A DNA stretch of 64,000 nucleotides from Vermamoeba vermiformis. Lineage: Eukaryota. How positions within the stretch are numbered: the first letter of the stretch is position 1; the number at the start of each line of letters is the position of its first letter. The stretch is taken from NCBI GenBank assembly GCA_045837725.1, contig JBEWZL010000163.1, positions 496,001 to 560,000 of the forward strand, given 5' to 3'. A program made the translations under genes and the position numbers. The notes below the pieces were generated by a model. That model searched no databases and was not told the DNA's origin. It saw only the letters and a list, made by a program, of their open reading frames with translations. This document shows positions 36,319 through 49,207 of the stretch, in pieces.

Positions 36319-37820
36319 ATGAGCGTTGAAGTGAAGAGGTTCAGCTGGGAAGAGATCAAAAAGCACAACAAGGAATCTGATGCGTGGTTCGTCGTGGATG
36401 GATTTGTGCACGACGTTACTCAGTTCATTACCATGCATCCAGGAGGAGCAGATTTTGTATTGGATAATTTAGCCATCGATGCATCAGAGAAATTCAGAGA
36501 CGAATTAATTCATCCTCACAGTCAGAATGCGGTTGACTTGCTCGCTACCTACAGAATAGGAGTTGTAGATAGTAAAGAATTAAGCCCCGAAGACCAACAA
36601 AAATTAAAAACGCCCGAAGAGAAAGCAATGGAATACGGCATAGACCTATCAAAGGGTCTTGTCTGGCCTGTATCTAGATTGGGCAAACGATATCAAGAAT
36701 TTATCGATTATATGGGTGTCTTACCTCATGGCAGATTAAAATACTTCGATAATCCTATTTTCGAGATGCTCACAGTCTGCCCTTGGTTCATGGTCCCGCT
36801 CTTTTGGATTCCCATCGCTTGCTACTTCTTCTACCTCTCTGTTCAAAATGGTCTTCCTGTTGAAGCACTCCCATTCTTATTGGTCACTGGTAAGCTCAAT
36901 TATGATTTTGCAAGTCACGCGATAATGCGTTGATATTTAATTTATTTCAACGGTTCTGATCAGAAATTCAGCTTTATTCAGATTAAAATCGATCATTATA
37001 TTCATCATGTATTAGGCATGCTGCAAATTATTTATTTAAATTATAGGATAATTCGCGAGATATTTAACATTATTTTTGGATTAGGCGCTCTTAACTGGGG
37101 CTTGGCCGAATGGTTATTGCACAAGTAAGTATTATTATAATTAATTACGTATTGTAATATTTAACATCATAAATTTGCCACTCGAATGCGGTTGGAAATT
37201 TTACCTCGGGCATACTGTTGATCCGGATCCCTCATACACGTTTCTAATGCTCTCTTTTTATTAGATATGTCTTCCATATGGACTCCATGTCGCTTTTTAC
37301 CAATATGTTGCATTTCTTGGTGCATGGCTATCACCATATCTTGCCGATGGATAACTATAGGTACATCCATCGGTCAATTATTCTGTGGCTATAATCACCT
37401 CGCTAATAATTTGTCGATAGATTGGTTTTCCCTCCTACGTTTGGTGTCATAATTGGCTACGCTCTTTGGGCTCCTATGCCTTTGGTAAGCAAACCAAAAG
37501 ATCCGATCGCAATCCGTTATGCCTTTACTTTATTCGTTCTTTTATTAATAATATGATTATAGCTATTGCCTATTCACGTTGCATATGCTCACTTTGCAGG
37601 CCTTGTATTGGGCTACGTGTTCTATGATTGCACGCACTACTTCATTCATCACCGCAGCACTAACTTGCCTTACTTGCGTATGATGAAGACGCATCATATT
37701 TACCACCACTACAATAACCATAACTCTAACTACGGCATCTCTTCGAAACTGTACGATATTTTGTTTGGAACGAATAACAATCCTGTCGCATCCAACCTCG
37801 CTGCTTCGGCTAAGCAGTAA
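36319..37820 (+). CDS. FA2H: Cytochrome b5-fused fatty acid 2-hydroxylase (FA2H/Scs7), multi-exon
   Basis: Cytochrome b5 HPGG and His boxes LHKYVFH, HFLVHGYHHILPMD, YDCTHYFIHH, KTHHIYHHY, then YGISSKLYDILFGT. Confidence 0.93.
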
Positions 37821-38090
37821 AGCTGGATAGTAAGGTGTGTACATAGTTGAGATCTTATTGTATGATTTCTCTTACGACACGTTATTCTCTTCCCTCATCG
37901 TTTTTGTTGTATAAATAAACCCTTTTTTGCTAAATCCAGGATCACGGCGTTCAAACCCGAGACAGAACGTCAAATTTCCATTCATTACCATAACAAGTAA
38001 CTAGCAAAACGAAATGTACCGAGTCTTCGCAAAAAAGAAAACAACGAAAGCAATTTCAATTAATGGTCGGTTTTGGCCGTCAAAAATTGA

Positions 38091-38111
38091 GAAATTTGAC
38101 TGTCAAATTTC
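38091..38111. repeat. Perfect 10-bp inverted repeat GAAATTTGAC-T-GTCAAATTTC (dispersed palindrome family)
   Basis: Read directly; near-identical copies at 43341-43359 and 43371-43389. Confidence 0.85.
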
Positions 38112-38235
38112 AATTATCCGTTATTTGAACCTCACACGCGCCAGTCATACCGAAGTAAGACCGATAGGATACCAAAACATCCGTGTAGCGAATAATATTT
38201 GTGTATAATATAATTTATTTGTATTTGTGGAGACC

Positions 38236-39754
38236 ATGGACGATTTGCAAGATTACAGTGATAGATTAGCTCAAAAAATTGAGGAGCTTCAAGACGGCTT
38301 GAATGAAGTCGGTGAATTGACTGGTGAAAAGAAACGTGAGGTAAATAATTGATTTCTGTATTTTTACAGCAAACCGCTGGTGGAATTGATCAAATATTCC
38401 AAAATTTAATCGTTATGTAACCTCCAAAATTTATTTCAATCAATATTTAGCATGCTTATACGCATAAATAACAGTTATAGTAATATATTTAAATTCCCTA
38501 TCAATACAATTAATTTTCGGTCGGATTTGCGCAATAACTTATCGGGCGCTTTGTTTGACTCGCTAACCTATATTTACTTGTCATATAATTAACAAATGAT
38601 TATTTTTAGGAATTGAGAAACTTGACAAACAATTACAAACGAGCCGAGACTATTTACCAATCACTTGATATTGAGCTTCGTGATTTTACAAAGGCTGAAG
38701 CTGAGGAATATTTTGACGTAAGTATTATATTATACTATCACTAAAGACAACAATACTCGAATCTTTACCGCGATCCGCGCTTATTTAAGCAAAAAGCGGA
38801 CTTAAATTTATCCGGCGGATCTAGCTAACTTGTCCTTTCAATTTTTCAGAAAAAGAAAGAGTACAGAGAACAATTAGACTTTATCAAAGAAGGCATTGAA
38901 GCCGCTAAGCGATTTGCCGACACAGACAAAGAAGGCAATAGTAAGTAAACCTTAAAAATGATTGCGGATGTGGCCACGCGATCTAACCCGAAATTTTTTC
39001 TGTGAAGAGCGAACAGCAGATGATATGCTCAAAGAAGCGGCTGATATACAAAACCAAGACAAAGAAACTATTAAGCGCTTGAAGAAAACAGTTGCTGATA
39101 CTGAAACGGTTAGTGGTTATCGACGCAAACAGTACAAAAAATAAGGCTTAGAATAGCATTAGCGCCTCTATAGTCATTATATATTGATGGGAGCCGTCGG
39201 GGATGAGATATTAATATATGTTTTATTATGTTTATAGTAATTTTATTGTTTGTAAATATATCAGCAAACACCGACCGGCATCCAGTTTTTTTTGGCGCTT
39301 TTTTTAAATTGAATTGAAGCAATTTTATTGACGAACCGTTCTATAATTAGGTTGGTAAAGACACTCTTATTACATTGCAACAAGACGGTGAGCGACTACG
39401 AGCGGCAGATTCAAAAATGAACGAGTTAGATGAGGCTATCGCCGGTGCTCGAAAAGAACTGAGGTAAATATTTAAGCTTGATACACTCGATAGATAATAT
39501 ATATTTACTGCATTGAATATATTAATTAGTAATTAGCAATTGAAATTGGGTTGATCGGTTTGCTGCAGGATCCGCTTACAAATTTTGTTCTGGATAGTTT
39601 CTAACGGCGCTTTTCTTCTAGGAAATTCATTATGGGTCTCGGTACTGATAAGATTTTGCGAGTACTGATGATTGTAGTGATTGCTGGTATTCTCGTCGTT
39701 ATCATTTGGCGTCTCGTGGCTGGTGCTCCTAAAGCTTCAGGAGACAAGCTATAA
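38236..39754 (+). CDS. Qb-SNARE (NPSN/VTI1-like), multi-exon
   Basis: MDDLQDYSDRL helical N-domain; IQNQDKETIKRLKKTVADTETVGKDTLITLQQDGERL...ARKELRKFIMGLGTDKILRVLMIVVIAGILVVIIW (SNARE motif, TDK, TM). Confidence 0.85.
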
Positions 39755-40258
39755 GAGCCTATATAATATCGAATATATAGTACCTGCCTTTTTCTTTGCG
39801 GTGATAATGTTGTCAATAAGAAGAGGGTTGGTACGACAAACCTTATTTAAGTGCAAGATGCGGGATCAAGATCTTGCTTTTTGCGGCATTGTACGTTAAT
39901 TTCCACCCCTTTTCCTTTATTTATACGTTTGTAAATAAACTCTCTTTTGGTAAACTGTTTCTTTGCTTTTATATTGGTTTTAGCAGGTTTTAACTTGAAG
40001 AGGATACATTTGGTTAGATTTGGATGCGGTGACGTCATCAAACACTCCTGAGCCCAGAAATAGCTCACGTGGTATCTAAGTATCTATATTAACAACATAC
40101 TGTAGCCTCAGTATATTTTGCTCGAGAGCTAGAGCGGTCGGTTGCTGGATTTTGGATGTGGCTCGTTGCTTTTCAATTGTCGTTATATTTTGAGAAATGA
40201 CCTCTAATTAAATTTTTAAAAATCTTTATTATCACGTACACGCATAACTAAGCCAAAT

Positions 40259-40769
40259 TTATTTGAGATCCTTCATGTTAGGAACGCTCTCGCCTTCCTC
40301 AAGAACGCCCAAAATTTCTTCTTCTCTGACCAACAAATAGCTGTTGTTATTCAATTTAACTTCTTCACCACCAAAGTCAGAAAGGTAAACAGTATCTCCG
40401 GGCTTGACGGTCATAGGGATCGTTTTTCCATCGGATGTGCGCTTGCCTTTGCCAACGGCAACGACCTTAGCGGTATTGCTCTTGACCTGAGCAGACTCGG
40501 GCAAGATAATACCACCAACACTCTTTTGAACGGGCTTTGTCTTTTCGAGCAAAACGCGATCGAACAAAGGAGTCAATCTCTTGAGAGCAGCCTAAATATT
40601 ATTAATGGTTAATTATATTGTACAAAAATAAGAGAATATTATTTGGAATATTTAGTAGTAACGCCGTCTCGCTAGAATATTATTTTATTTTTTGAAATTG
40701 GATGCGGAGCTGAGATGTGCTAGCGAGCTGGCTTATTTGCGTTGGTCGTATTGGTAAAATAATTACCAT
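40259..40769 (-). CDS. HSP10: Mitochondrial co-chaperonin Hsp10/Cpn10 (first coding exon is ATG only)
   Basis: PLFDRVLLEK...GGIILPESAQ...VVAVGKG...VKPGDTVYLSDFGG...REEEILGVL. ATG 40769-40767, intron 40766-40592, then AALKRLTPLFDRV. Confidence 0.95.
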
Positions 40770-41092
40770 TGTCTATATTAATTTATTGTGCGTGGTTTAT
40801 GGTGCTTTGCTTTGAATGGATAAATAAAATAAAAAAACATGTGCGTGACCTCACTCCGACGTGGCAGGCCCTGGTGGATCCCTTGTACTGCCACTACCGT
40901 CATTGAGACACCATAAACAACAAGGTCATGTTAAGTATGCAACCCGTATGATATTTTTAAGATAGGAAACAGTTTCAGATCGTATTTTTTTTCGATCGGA
41001 TCAAGATCGTTTACAACGGTTTCTATCAACAATAATTTATTTACTGGCAGACATTATAGCCATAAAAAGCGCTACTACAATGTCTTATACTC

Positions 41093-44000
41093 TTACTGGT
41101 CAATAATATACTTCCTCATCTCGTACGTAATTTCAGTTTCAGGCACGTAATAATTGCTCGTCAGCAGATCCTTGTAGTAAGCCTTCATAATCTCTACCAG
41201 GGCCTTGTAATAGTTCAACACATAAGTGTTAATCTTCTGCATCACAATCATGCCTCGTTTGTAGTTAGCAAAGTTGTGAATAGTAGCGCTATTCAAGTCA
41301 TCAATAGTCTTTTTCCACGTCTTCGAAAAATCTTTCAGCACCGATTTGACCACGTCTAAAAATAGGAACGATAAGTTATTGCCATATATGGTAATTCTAA
41401 AGGTACTCCTTTAACGTACCAATCTTATCTTTTGGCTGCACGATTCTCAATCGTCCGTCAGCTTCTTCAATGGTGTTGGCGCGAATGTAATTCGTGAGCG
41501 AGCCGAACAACTTGGTCAATTGCAAGCGGACCAATTCTTCTTCAATAAGACTCAACGACTTCTCGAACTTTTCAACGTCCTCACTCGTGACATTACGGTC
41601 CTACAGCCACTTCGTTAATAACATTTACATCGCAGTGTTAGCGTCGATAAGTTACGTACTCGAGCGGTCTGCGTGATCAAGTCGTAATTGTTCAAAATGA
41701 AAATTAACTGCTCCAAGCGCGTGGTCCAAGTCGTGTGGGCCATGCGGTCAATAAGACGATCGATCTCATCGGCCAGGACCTTCAACGAGGCTTGTAACTC
41801 GAACAATTGCGTCGGTTGTGGGTGGTTCTTGGCGATAAATAACAAAGCTACGAGGTACTCTGAGAATCGACGAGTTACCTAATAAGGAAAGTCAGGCACG
41901 TGCTTTTAGAATATCATCAAGTGCGTGACTTACGTAATGCGGACCGCTCTCAATAGGACCCAAGTTCTTCAAGTTCGCGTTGCGCACACTTTCAATGTTC
42001 GCTTGGAAAATGAATTTGAATCGTTGCAACAATTGATTGCTCAACGTGTCAAAGTACGAGTCCAAACCAGGCTCGTTGTGCTCGTGCATGATTTGCTTGT
42101 ACTTGTCGCTAATGCAGTAAATGAGCAACACACCCACGCTGTCGTAACTGTTCGCCAAGAAGTTTCTTGCGACATCCTAAGCATTACCAAATTAGGAAAG
42201 AGCTTAGTTAAAGCATCCTCGGCGAGCACTTACCAAGTATAGATTGACGGATGTCGTGAAGATTTTCTCGCTGAGATTTGATTGGAAGAACTCACGTGTG
42301 AACAAGAGCTCTTCGGAGACAGTGTGCATCAACATGTAATTGACGCAGCGCCACAAATATTCGAACTGGAACTTCTCGTTGTTGGTGGCTGCAGGGAACT
42401 CCATTGGCTTCTCCAAGTCCGACAAAGTCTTCTTGTACCTCGTGCCTAACGCGAACACGTTTGATTTGTTCTTTTTTACCAAATTAGGATTGAACAAGCC
42501 CATGAGACCTACGGAAAAATTTTTTATGAGTGACTGCCTATTGCCTTATTTGGTAATATTTTAGGCTTAGGCTTACTCCTCGAAGTCTCTTCTTCGAGAC
42601 CAATCAGATCGTTCTTAGTCGCGACTTCGTATTGCAGTCTCGAAATGGCCGTCAAATAATTCTTGAAGTGCTGGAAGTAAATCGACGAAATGGTCCTACA
42701 ATAGTTATCTACAAGCTACAAATAGGTATAAGACGTTAGACTAGGCACCCTTAACATATTGTTATGGTATTGACTTACATCGATTGCCTTATCAGCTTCG
42801 AAAGTGAACAAGAAAGTGAACAAAAACTTGTATTTCATCAATTGCTTTTGTTCGCGCGCCAAAACTTCAAGATTGGCTACAGCAGTATTAATCTTCATTA
42901 AGAGCCATTGGTACAGTTTATAACAAACCTACGATAGAATAGTTCATTAGCATAAGAAGATCAGGGACGATCGGATCTTTTTTTCGGCAATTTCGTTACT
43001 TACTTTAGTCTTAGCGTCGCGTAATTTAGGCTCAATATCCTTCAATGCAATAATTTCAGGTCCGCGCATTGAGTCAATGTAACTGAGCTTAGTGTACAGT
43101 TTGTTCAAGTATGGAATGAATGCCTCGTTAATAGGCAATGTTGTAACTGCTTGGACGAGTGCTGGATCCAAATTAACTTCGTCCACGAATCGATGCAGTT
43201 CTTCGGAGACTTTCTATAATATTAAAAAAGAGGTATTAGACCAGATCTATGCTGCGTAAAACGTGCATCAATTATTTTCTTTAATTTAGCGAAGTTTGGA
43301 TTATATGGAGGTAAATATTGCTAGGCGAGTCGGTACGCGTAAATTTGACCGTCAAATTTCAATGCTAATTAATTTTGACGGTCAAATTTTGATGCTAGTA
43401 CGCGGGTATTGAAATGGAACAAAAAGGCTTAAAGACGGTACAATAATATGAACAAGGTATATAATATGCATAATAAGTACCTTTCTATTATTGAGCTTTC
43501 GTTCTTTGTCCACTGAAGCACCTTGCATTTCTTGAATTTGATTCGTAATGGCGCTCAATTCAGTTTGGAAAATATGTAACGTCGTTTCAATCTTTTCTAA
43601 GGTAACGTCGCAGGAGTTCAAATTATTATACAAATCTGCGAATTGTTCTACATTTTGGAAATCTATATTCAGCAATACGTTAGTCTCGCGCTATAATGGC
43701 GTCTTGTTCAATTTGCCTAAGCCTTCATGCAATTTAAAGGGCAAATTAAATAGCAAATAATATTCTTAATGTAACATGATAAGCAAGTGAACTTACATTG
43801 ACGAACGGCGTCAGTTTCTACGTCTGCAAGATCGGATTGAATTTTCTTCATGTAATCACCAATGTCTTGGCCCTAAAATATCATATTAAAATTGAGTAAA
43901 TTATTGGTAATATATAGTATCCTTATTCGGGTTCAAATAAAGCGGTTGGAAAAAGATCCGATCTTCGAATCGTTGTAATTGATTGCAAGCGTTATTTTGA

Positions 44001-44507
44001 GCTGTAAATTTCAATATACCTGTTTAATAGCATCTTGCACAAAGCTATCTTCCAAAAACTCTGAAATATCCGAATCTAAATGGGCATTTAGTGATCAGAC
44101 CGGTACTACTTTTACAATTTCAAATAATTTTACCTTCAATTTCATTCATAACCTCTGCATTATTAATAAGATCTAATCGCTCTTCCACCGGTTTTTTCTC
44201 CTATTAATTGAAAATTGTAAATTATTTTTTCCAGATTCGATTGTGAAGACTCCTATTTTTCACTCACGCCAATAAAATACACTATCAAATCATATTAATA
44301 ATTAATATAGATATTTACCGGCAATAAAGGCTCTGGTTTAACAGCGTCGGGTAATTTCGCTTGATTACCGCTGAGACCCGGGATCGGTATGACTTTTGAA
44401 GGCAGCCACAATAGCGCTGTCTTCGTCTTCTCGAAGAAGTCAGTCATACCAGTGAGGCCACTCATCCTTGGTGTTTGCGGTGACTGATCGGTTTGCATGA
44501 AAGACAT
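41093..44507 (-). CDS. VPS52: GARP complex subunit Vps52, multi-exon
   Basis: LYNNLNSCDVTLEKIETTLHIFQTELSAITNQIQEMQ, KLNNRK, LMKYKFLFTFL, SNVFALGTR, YDSVGVLL, PHYVTRRFSEY, EQLIFILNNYDLI and FSKTWKKTI...HNFANYKRG. Confidence 0.9.
43333..43404. repeat. Intronic tandem pair of TTTGACnGTCAAA palindromes flanked by GTACGCG direct repeats
   Basis: gtacgcg(43333-39) t aaatttgaccgtcaaatttcaatgctaatt aattttgacggtcaaattttgatgcta gtacgcg(43398-404). Confidence 0.75.
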
Positions 44508-45047
44508 AAAATTCAGCTATCGTCCTTGAAATATTCAGCTGCCTTTCTATTCAATGAAATAAACTACAACGAGCAGCAATAATATCGCGATTGAAATTGA
44601 CACTGTTTGTTCGGTCAATAATTGTCAAGCGAATCACTCGTCAAACGATGACAGGTGAGCTTTTGTACGGACGGACGGATGGCTGGCTGAACTCGCGACA
44701 AAGATTAGCACCGAGAGTACTTAAATGGTGAGGTACAGGGCGCCAGTAGACTATTACCAGCCTCTCTCTTGGACCATGTCTTAAGGCCAAGACCAAGGAA
44801 CAACAGACCCAACTGAGTAACTGCTTGCCAGGAAGTGTTCGCACTCAAACTAAGTAAGGCAGCGCTTTATGACAAAAAGTATGCAACAATGACGGGAAGA
44901 GTAACGGAACTTCAATGAAAATGACCTGAAACTTCAGTTGGATCTCGGTGAAATTTATTGGGATCAGAATTACGGTCGACAAAAAGAACCAGAACAAACG
45001 GAGTTAATTCTTTACTCACACTTCAACACGTTAACACACATATCGCC

Positions 45048-46034
45048 ATGCAAGCCTTGCTCAACTGGAGTATTAAACACAGCGATCCCGAAAAGCTCAA
45101 ACAAGCTGCCACGGAGGCTAAAGAACCGAAGCAATTGTCCGAGACGGTAAGTAATTTTTAATTTAATTTATTAGATATTTTCATGCTATTATTCTTTTTC
45201 GGAACGTCTGACATTCTGAGATCTTTCGCTCCCGAGTTGTAAATTCTTCAATACTAATTTTAATTATTACCTTAGGACCGAAAAATGCTAGAAGAAATAT
45301 TAAAGAGCGATGTGGAGCGAATGAAAGATTTTATTAAAGTTTATCAAGATCCGACTAGTTCGACAGACGATAAATACGAAGCACTCGATGGTCTTCAAGA
45401 ATTATCAGAGAACCTCGATAATGCGAACGACTTGCATAAAATTAATGGACTTATTCCCATCGTTGAGGCCTTGGATAACGAAGATCCCGAAATTCAAATG
45501 CGCGCTGGCTGGATCTTGGCTTCACTCGTTACAAACAACGAGGCAATGCAAAAACTATTCGCAGAGCTTAATGTTATGGATAAGGTCATTAGCTTATTGA
45601 AGAGGACAGACGACGCAGCAGTTCGATCCAAATTAATTTCTACGGTCAGCGGATTCGTCAAGAATTTCCCCGCAGGTCTTGATCTGTTTAAACAACACGA
45701 TGGATTTGCTTCATTAGAACGCGTCCTAGAAACAAATGAAACAGCGTCTAAGCGAAAAGTCTTATTCTTATTGGGCCAATTGTTGCATGAAGGAGCCGAT
45801 CTAAAATCACATCTGCAACCAACAATCCCTTTGGCGATAAAGCAGCTCACTGTGGATGATGTAGATATTCAAGAAAAGGCATTAATACTCTTAGCAAGCT
45901 TAGTTCAAGGCAATACAGAAAATCAGAAAAAACTCAAAGAACACGCGGATGCGATCCGAGAATATAAGAAGACAGCGCCAACCGAACACGAGTTATTAAC
46001 TGAATCTTTAAACACCCTATCGAAGTTTATTTAA
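45048..46034 (+). CDS. FES1: Hsp70 nucleotide exchange factor Fes1/HSPBP1 (2 exons)
   Basis: MQALLNWSIKHS...KSDVERMK...ALDGLQELSENLDNANDLHKINGLIPIV...AGWILASLVTNNEAMQ, followed by ARM-like repeats. Confidence 0.9.
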
Positions 46035-46098
46035 CAAAGCGGTTGTATAATAAATTAAGATTAAAGCAAAAAATTGGTTGTTTGAACCGGATTAGCCT

Positions 46099-48279
46099 TT
46101 AAAAAGCGAAAAATCGGACCAAATAGACGTAAATAACAGCACATACGCCTAAAAAGATCGAGAAGGAGATGATCGATCCACAAGTAGGCGCATATTTGCC
46201 TTTCTTCTTTTCTTCTTTAGCTTTTTGTTCCTCGCTGTTGGATGTAGCAGCTTCAAGTCTCTTTTTCAAGCGCGCAGAGTAGATCTCGCTAAATACTTCA
46301 AAGTAGTATGTGGCACCTGTCCATGCTGCTGAGGAGAATACCAACAATAAGTAAGCAGCGTGGACCCAATAATGGCTCCAGAAGATCGGGATCGGGAACA
46401 AGGTCAGATGCGTGTAGACCAATTGTACTCCTGTATTAATATCGTTATAAATATATACACTATAGTTAATTGATGCGATTGTTTGTCGTACCAGCCAACA
46501 TTAAGAAGATCGGCAAGTTGATGCCCTTCTTTTTCAACCAGAGGTAGATGCCGTGGGGTTTAGCCTTGGACAACCAACGCGATGAGGTCATAATGTCGCT
46601 GTCTGCAGACAACTTCTTGCGGTCAATCACTTCGGTCTTCAAAATGTAGCAGATCTACATCCAAAAAATTCAAGGTTAATTCTTTCTCAACGTAGTAATT
46701 ATAATCAAATGCTATATTACCTGCCAGAATAAATAGAACACTACAGGTGCAATATAAGTCTCTTTCCAAGTCATCGCTGGTGCCATGTACGGATCGGCGA
46801 AGAGAACTTTTGTAGCGGGGTACCAACGAGCACAGAAAGTAACTGTATATATAGAGATTAATAAATAAATATCATTGGTGCTATTATGACAATAATCAAG
46901 ACAATGGACTGTTAGAGTTAACGAGTTCAAATGATGATCCCGTTACAAACAATAACGTAACAAGATCTAGTACTCACCCAAAGGAGGAGCAATGTGAATA
47001 TACAAAGAGGTAATCTTATCAATGTCGTGGAACACCAAGCTATTCTTCCAAGCGATAACTGCAATAGCAAGAGGGCCGTTGCTGGTTACAAAAATAATGT
47101 TAGATCCACGTACTTTTGTAACGATTATATTTAAGCTATTATAGGTACTTACTTTAATGCAAACATGATCTTAAATAGTGTTAAGTTTTCGGGGAACAAA
47201 AATATCGAAGTAAAAGTGACTAATTGGCAAAAATAACAAAAGTCCAACATGAAGTAATGAAATTTCTGCTTGTGGTACATAAAAAATCGTGTAACTAACA
47301 ACTATAGTAATATAATATTAGTACTATAATAATATGTTATTAGAATGAACGTACGGGCAACAGAACGATCATATAAAACTTGGGCATCCATTCAGGACGA
47401 GTCAACAAAACTGCTTCAGTAGCCATTAACAAGAAGATGCCTAAAGTAAAGGCACTATAATAAATATATCAGTATTATGTTAACTAGGGTTACGCGAGTG
47501 CGAGAGCGGATGTGGCCACAAAATTGTTCGAAAGTACGAAGTTACTTACACCTTGTCCTTTAATTTAACCATAGGAGTATCTTTCATTTTCTTGCGGAAT
47601 TCCTATAAACCGAACGGTTAGCTAATAAATTAAAAATCAAAATTAAAACGCTTCGAGAATTTCAGCGCGATCCACGAAAATAAATTTAAATCGGTTCGTT
47701 AGTGCGATCTATCGGTTCGTGGTATCATATAGTGATATATTATCGCTAGATACCTTTAATTTTCTGGCCAAGCGCTCGGATGAAGAAACACGTTGCAAAC
47801 CACCATTATTCTCTTTGCCCTCGCTCTCCTTCTGCTTCATTTTTTTGCGAATTACTTTCCTGATAATTTACAGGTTAATGTATTATTATTATAAGTACTA
47901 TTGGTAATCAAGATTGGTGTCATCGCTAAAATGACTGTTGATAATTTAATCAAGATCCGGAAAATAATCTTAATTTAAAATCGCTATAATTAGTGTGTAT
48001 AATATCAATATATTGTAGATAAATAACACCAGTTTTTAAATAATTATTTGGAATTATTTGCAATAAATTAATTTTGCAACATCTAGCTTACTCGACTAAG
48101 AACTCAGTGAAGCCCTTCAATAAATCCTTGGGCTTAGGAGTCGTATCCACGTAAAGGTTCGTAGTGTCCACGTGATCAAATGCATCGAAGAAGTGATGAT
48201 TTTCTTGCTCGTTAAGATCTTCTTGGGATGCGGACCTCTCCCGGTTTTTAATGACCTGATCAGGCGTGCTCGTCGACAT
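46099..48279 (-). CDS. GPC1: Glycerophosphocholine acyltransferase (Gpc1/DUF2838 family), multi-exon
   Basis: RFFMYHKQKFHYFMLDFCYF, NGPLAIAVIAWKNSLVFHDIDKITSLYIHIAPP, YLFWQ, TSSRWL, QLVYTHLTLFP and AWTGATYYFEVFSEIY. Confidence 0.85.
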
Positions 48280-48688
48280 GATGGATAAAATTAAATTAAA
48301 AATTGCACAATCTAGCGAAAACAAAAAAAGACTTTGCCGCTCTGAAAAACTACCCGAGAATTTTCTGAATGACGTCAGTAATGACGAATTACGCCTATTT
48401 GGAGAATAATTTGCACTCTATATTCTTATTTAGCGAAAGATAAGCCTCTCATACGACTATCTATCATTGTTAAGTTAGATTTGTCTTTGCAAGATAGCCC
48501 CACGTGTGTTCTTAGAGAAGTTCACGTGCGGTTTCTAGTATTCGGATAGTCTAATATTGTAGCGGACACGTATTCAGTGCAAAGTCTCTAGAAAATTCTC
48601 GGTTCATTCGTGTCTTAATACGAAACAATAAATCAACCGTATTTGTTTCAACAGTTAACGCACTCAAAATCAATACAGAGCACCACAA

Positions 48689-49207
48689 ATGACTGACACC
48701 GAAACAAAAGTATTCTCGCTAGATGATCTTGACCCCAAGGTATTGGAGGCAAGGCGATTAAAAGGAGAAACACTTGATCTGGACGACATCTGCTACAAAG
48801 GCATTGTATGGAACAATGCGTCCCCTTTGGAGTACATTCACGATAAATGTGGTTACAAATTTACAGATAGAACATTCCAGCTTTGCATGACATCAGGACC
48901 CGCAGACCTTGAGATGATCAAGTACATCCGCAGCGCTGGATGGGAATGGAATGGCGACGCAGTTGAATTTTCAACGATCCGTTTACCTATATTAAAATGG
49001 TTGATTGAAAGTGGCTGCCCACACGACCCACACAGAGTAGTTATGTCCTCGATCGTTTGGAAATTCGGTAATATGGAAGCTTTGAAGTATTTGCACGAAG
49101 AATTAGGCTATGAAATTACTGCGGCACATTTTACTGCTGCTGAATCGTTCAAACGAGAAGCAGCAAAGGAATACATTGTTTCTGTCTTAAGTAAAACTCC
49201 AAAATAG
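48689..49207 (+). CDS. Degenerate ankyrin-repeat protein, intronless
   Basis: Repeats LEYIHDKCG, DLEMIKYIRSAGWEW, LPILKWLIESGCPHD and GNMEALKYLHEELG. Confidence 0.8.
   Translation: MTDTETKVFSLDDLDPKVLEARRLKGETLDLDDICYKGIVWNNASPLEYIHDKCGYKFTDRTFQLCMTSGPADLEMIKYIRSAGWEWNGDAVEFSTIRLPILKWLIESGCPHDPHRVVMSSIVWKFGNMEALKYLHEELGYEITAAHFTAAESFKREAAKEYIVSVLSKTPK

Noticed and set aside
23994-44507. Apparent trafficking cluster (syntaxin, Qb-SNARE, VPS52)
   Set aside because: Separated by unrelated genes; common gene classes, so chance proximity is sufficient.
48584-48600. Heat-shock-element-like CTCtaGAAaaTTC upstream of the ankyrin gene
   Set aside because: Imperfect and short in AT-rich DNA; no equivalent noticed at the Hsp10 or Fes1 promoters.
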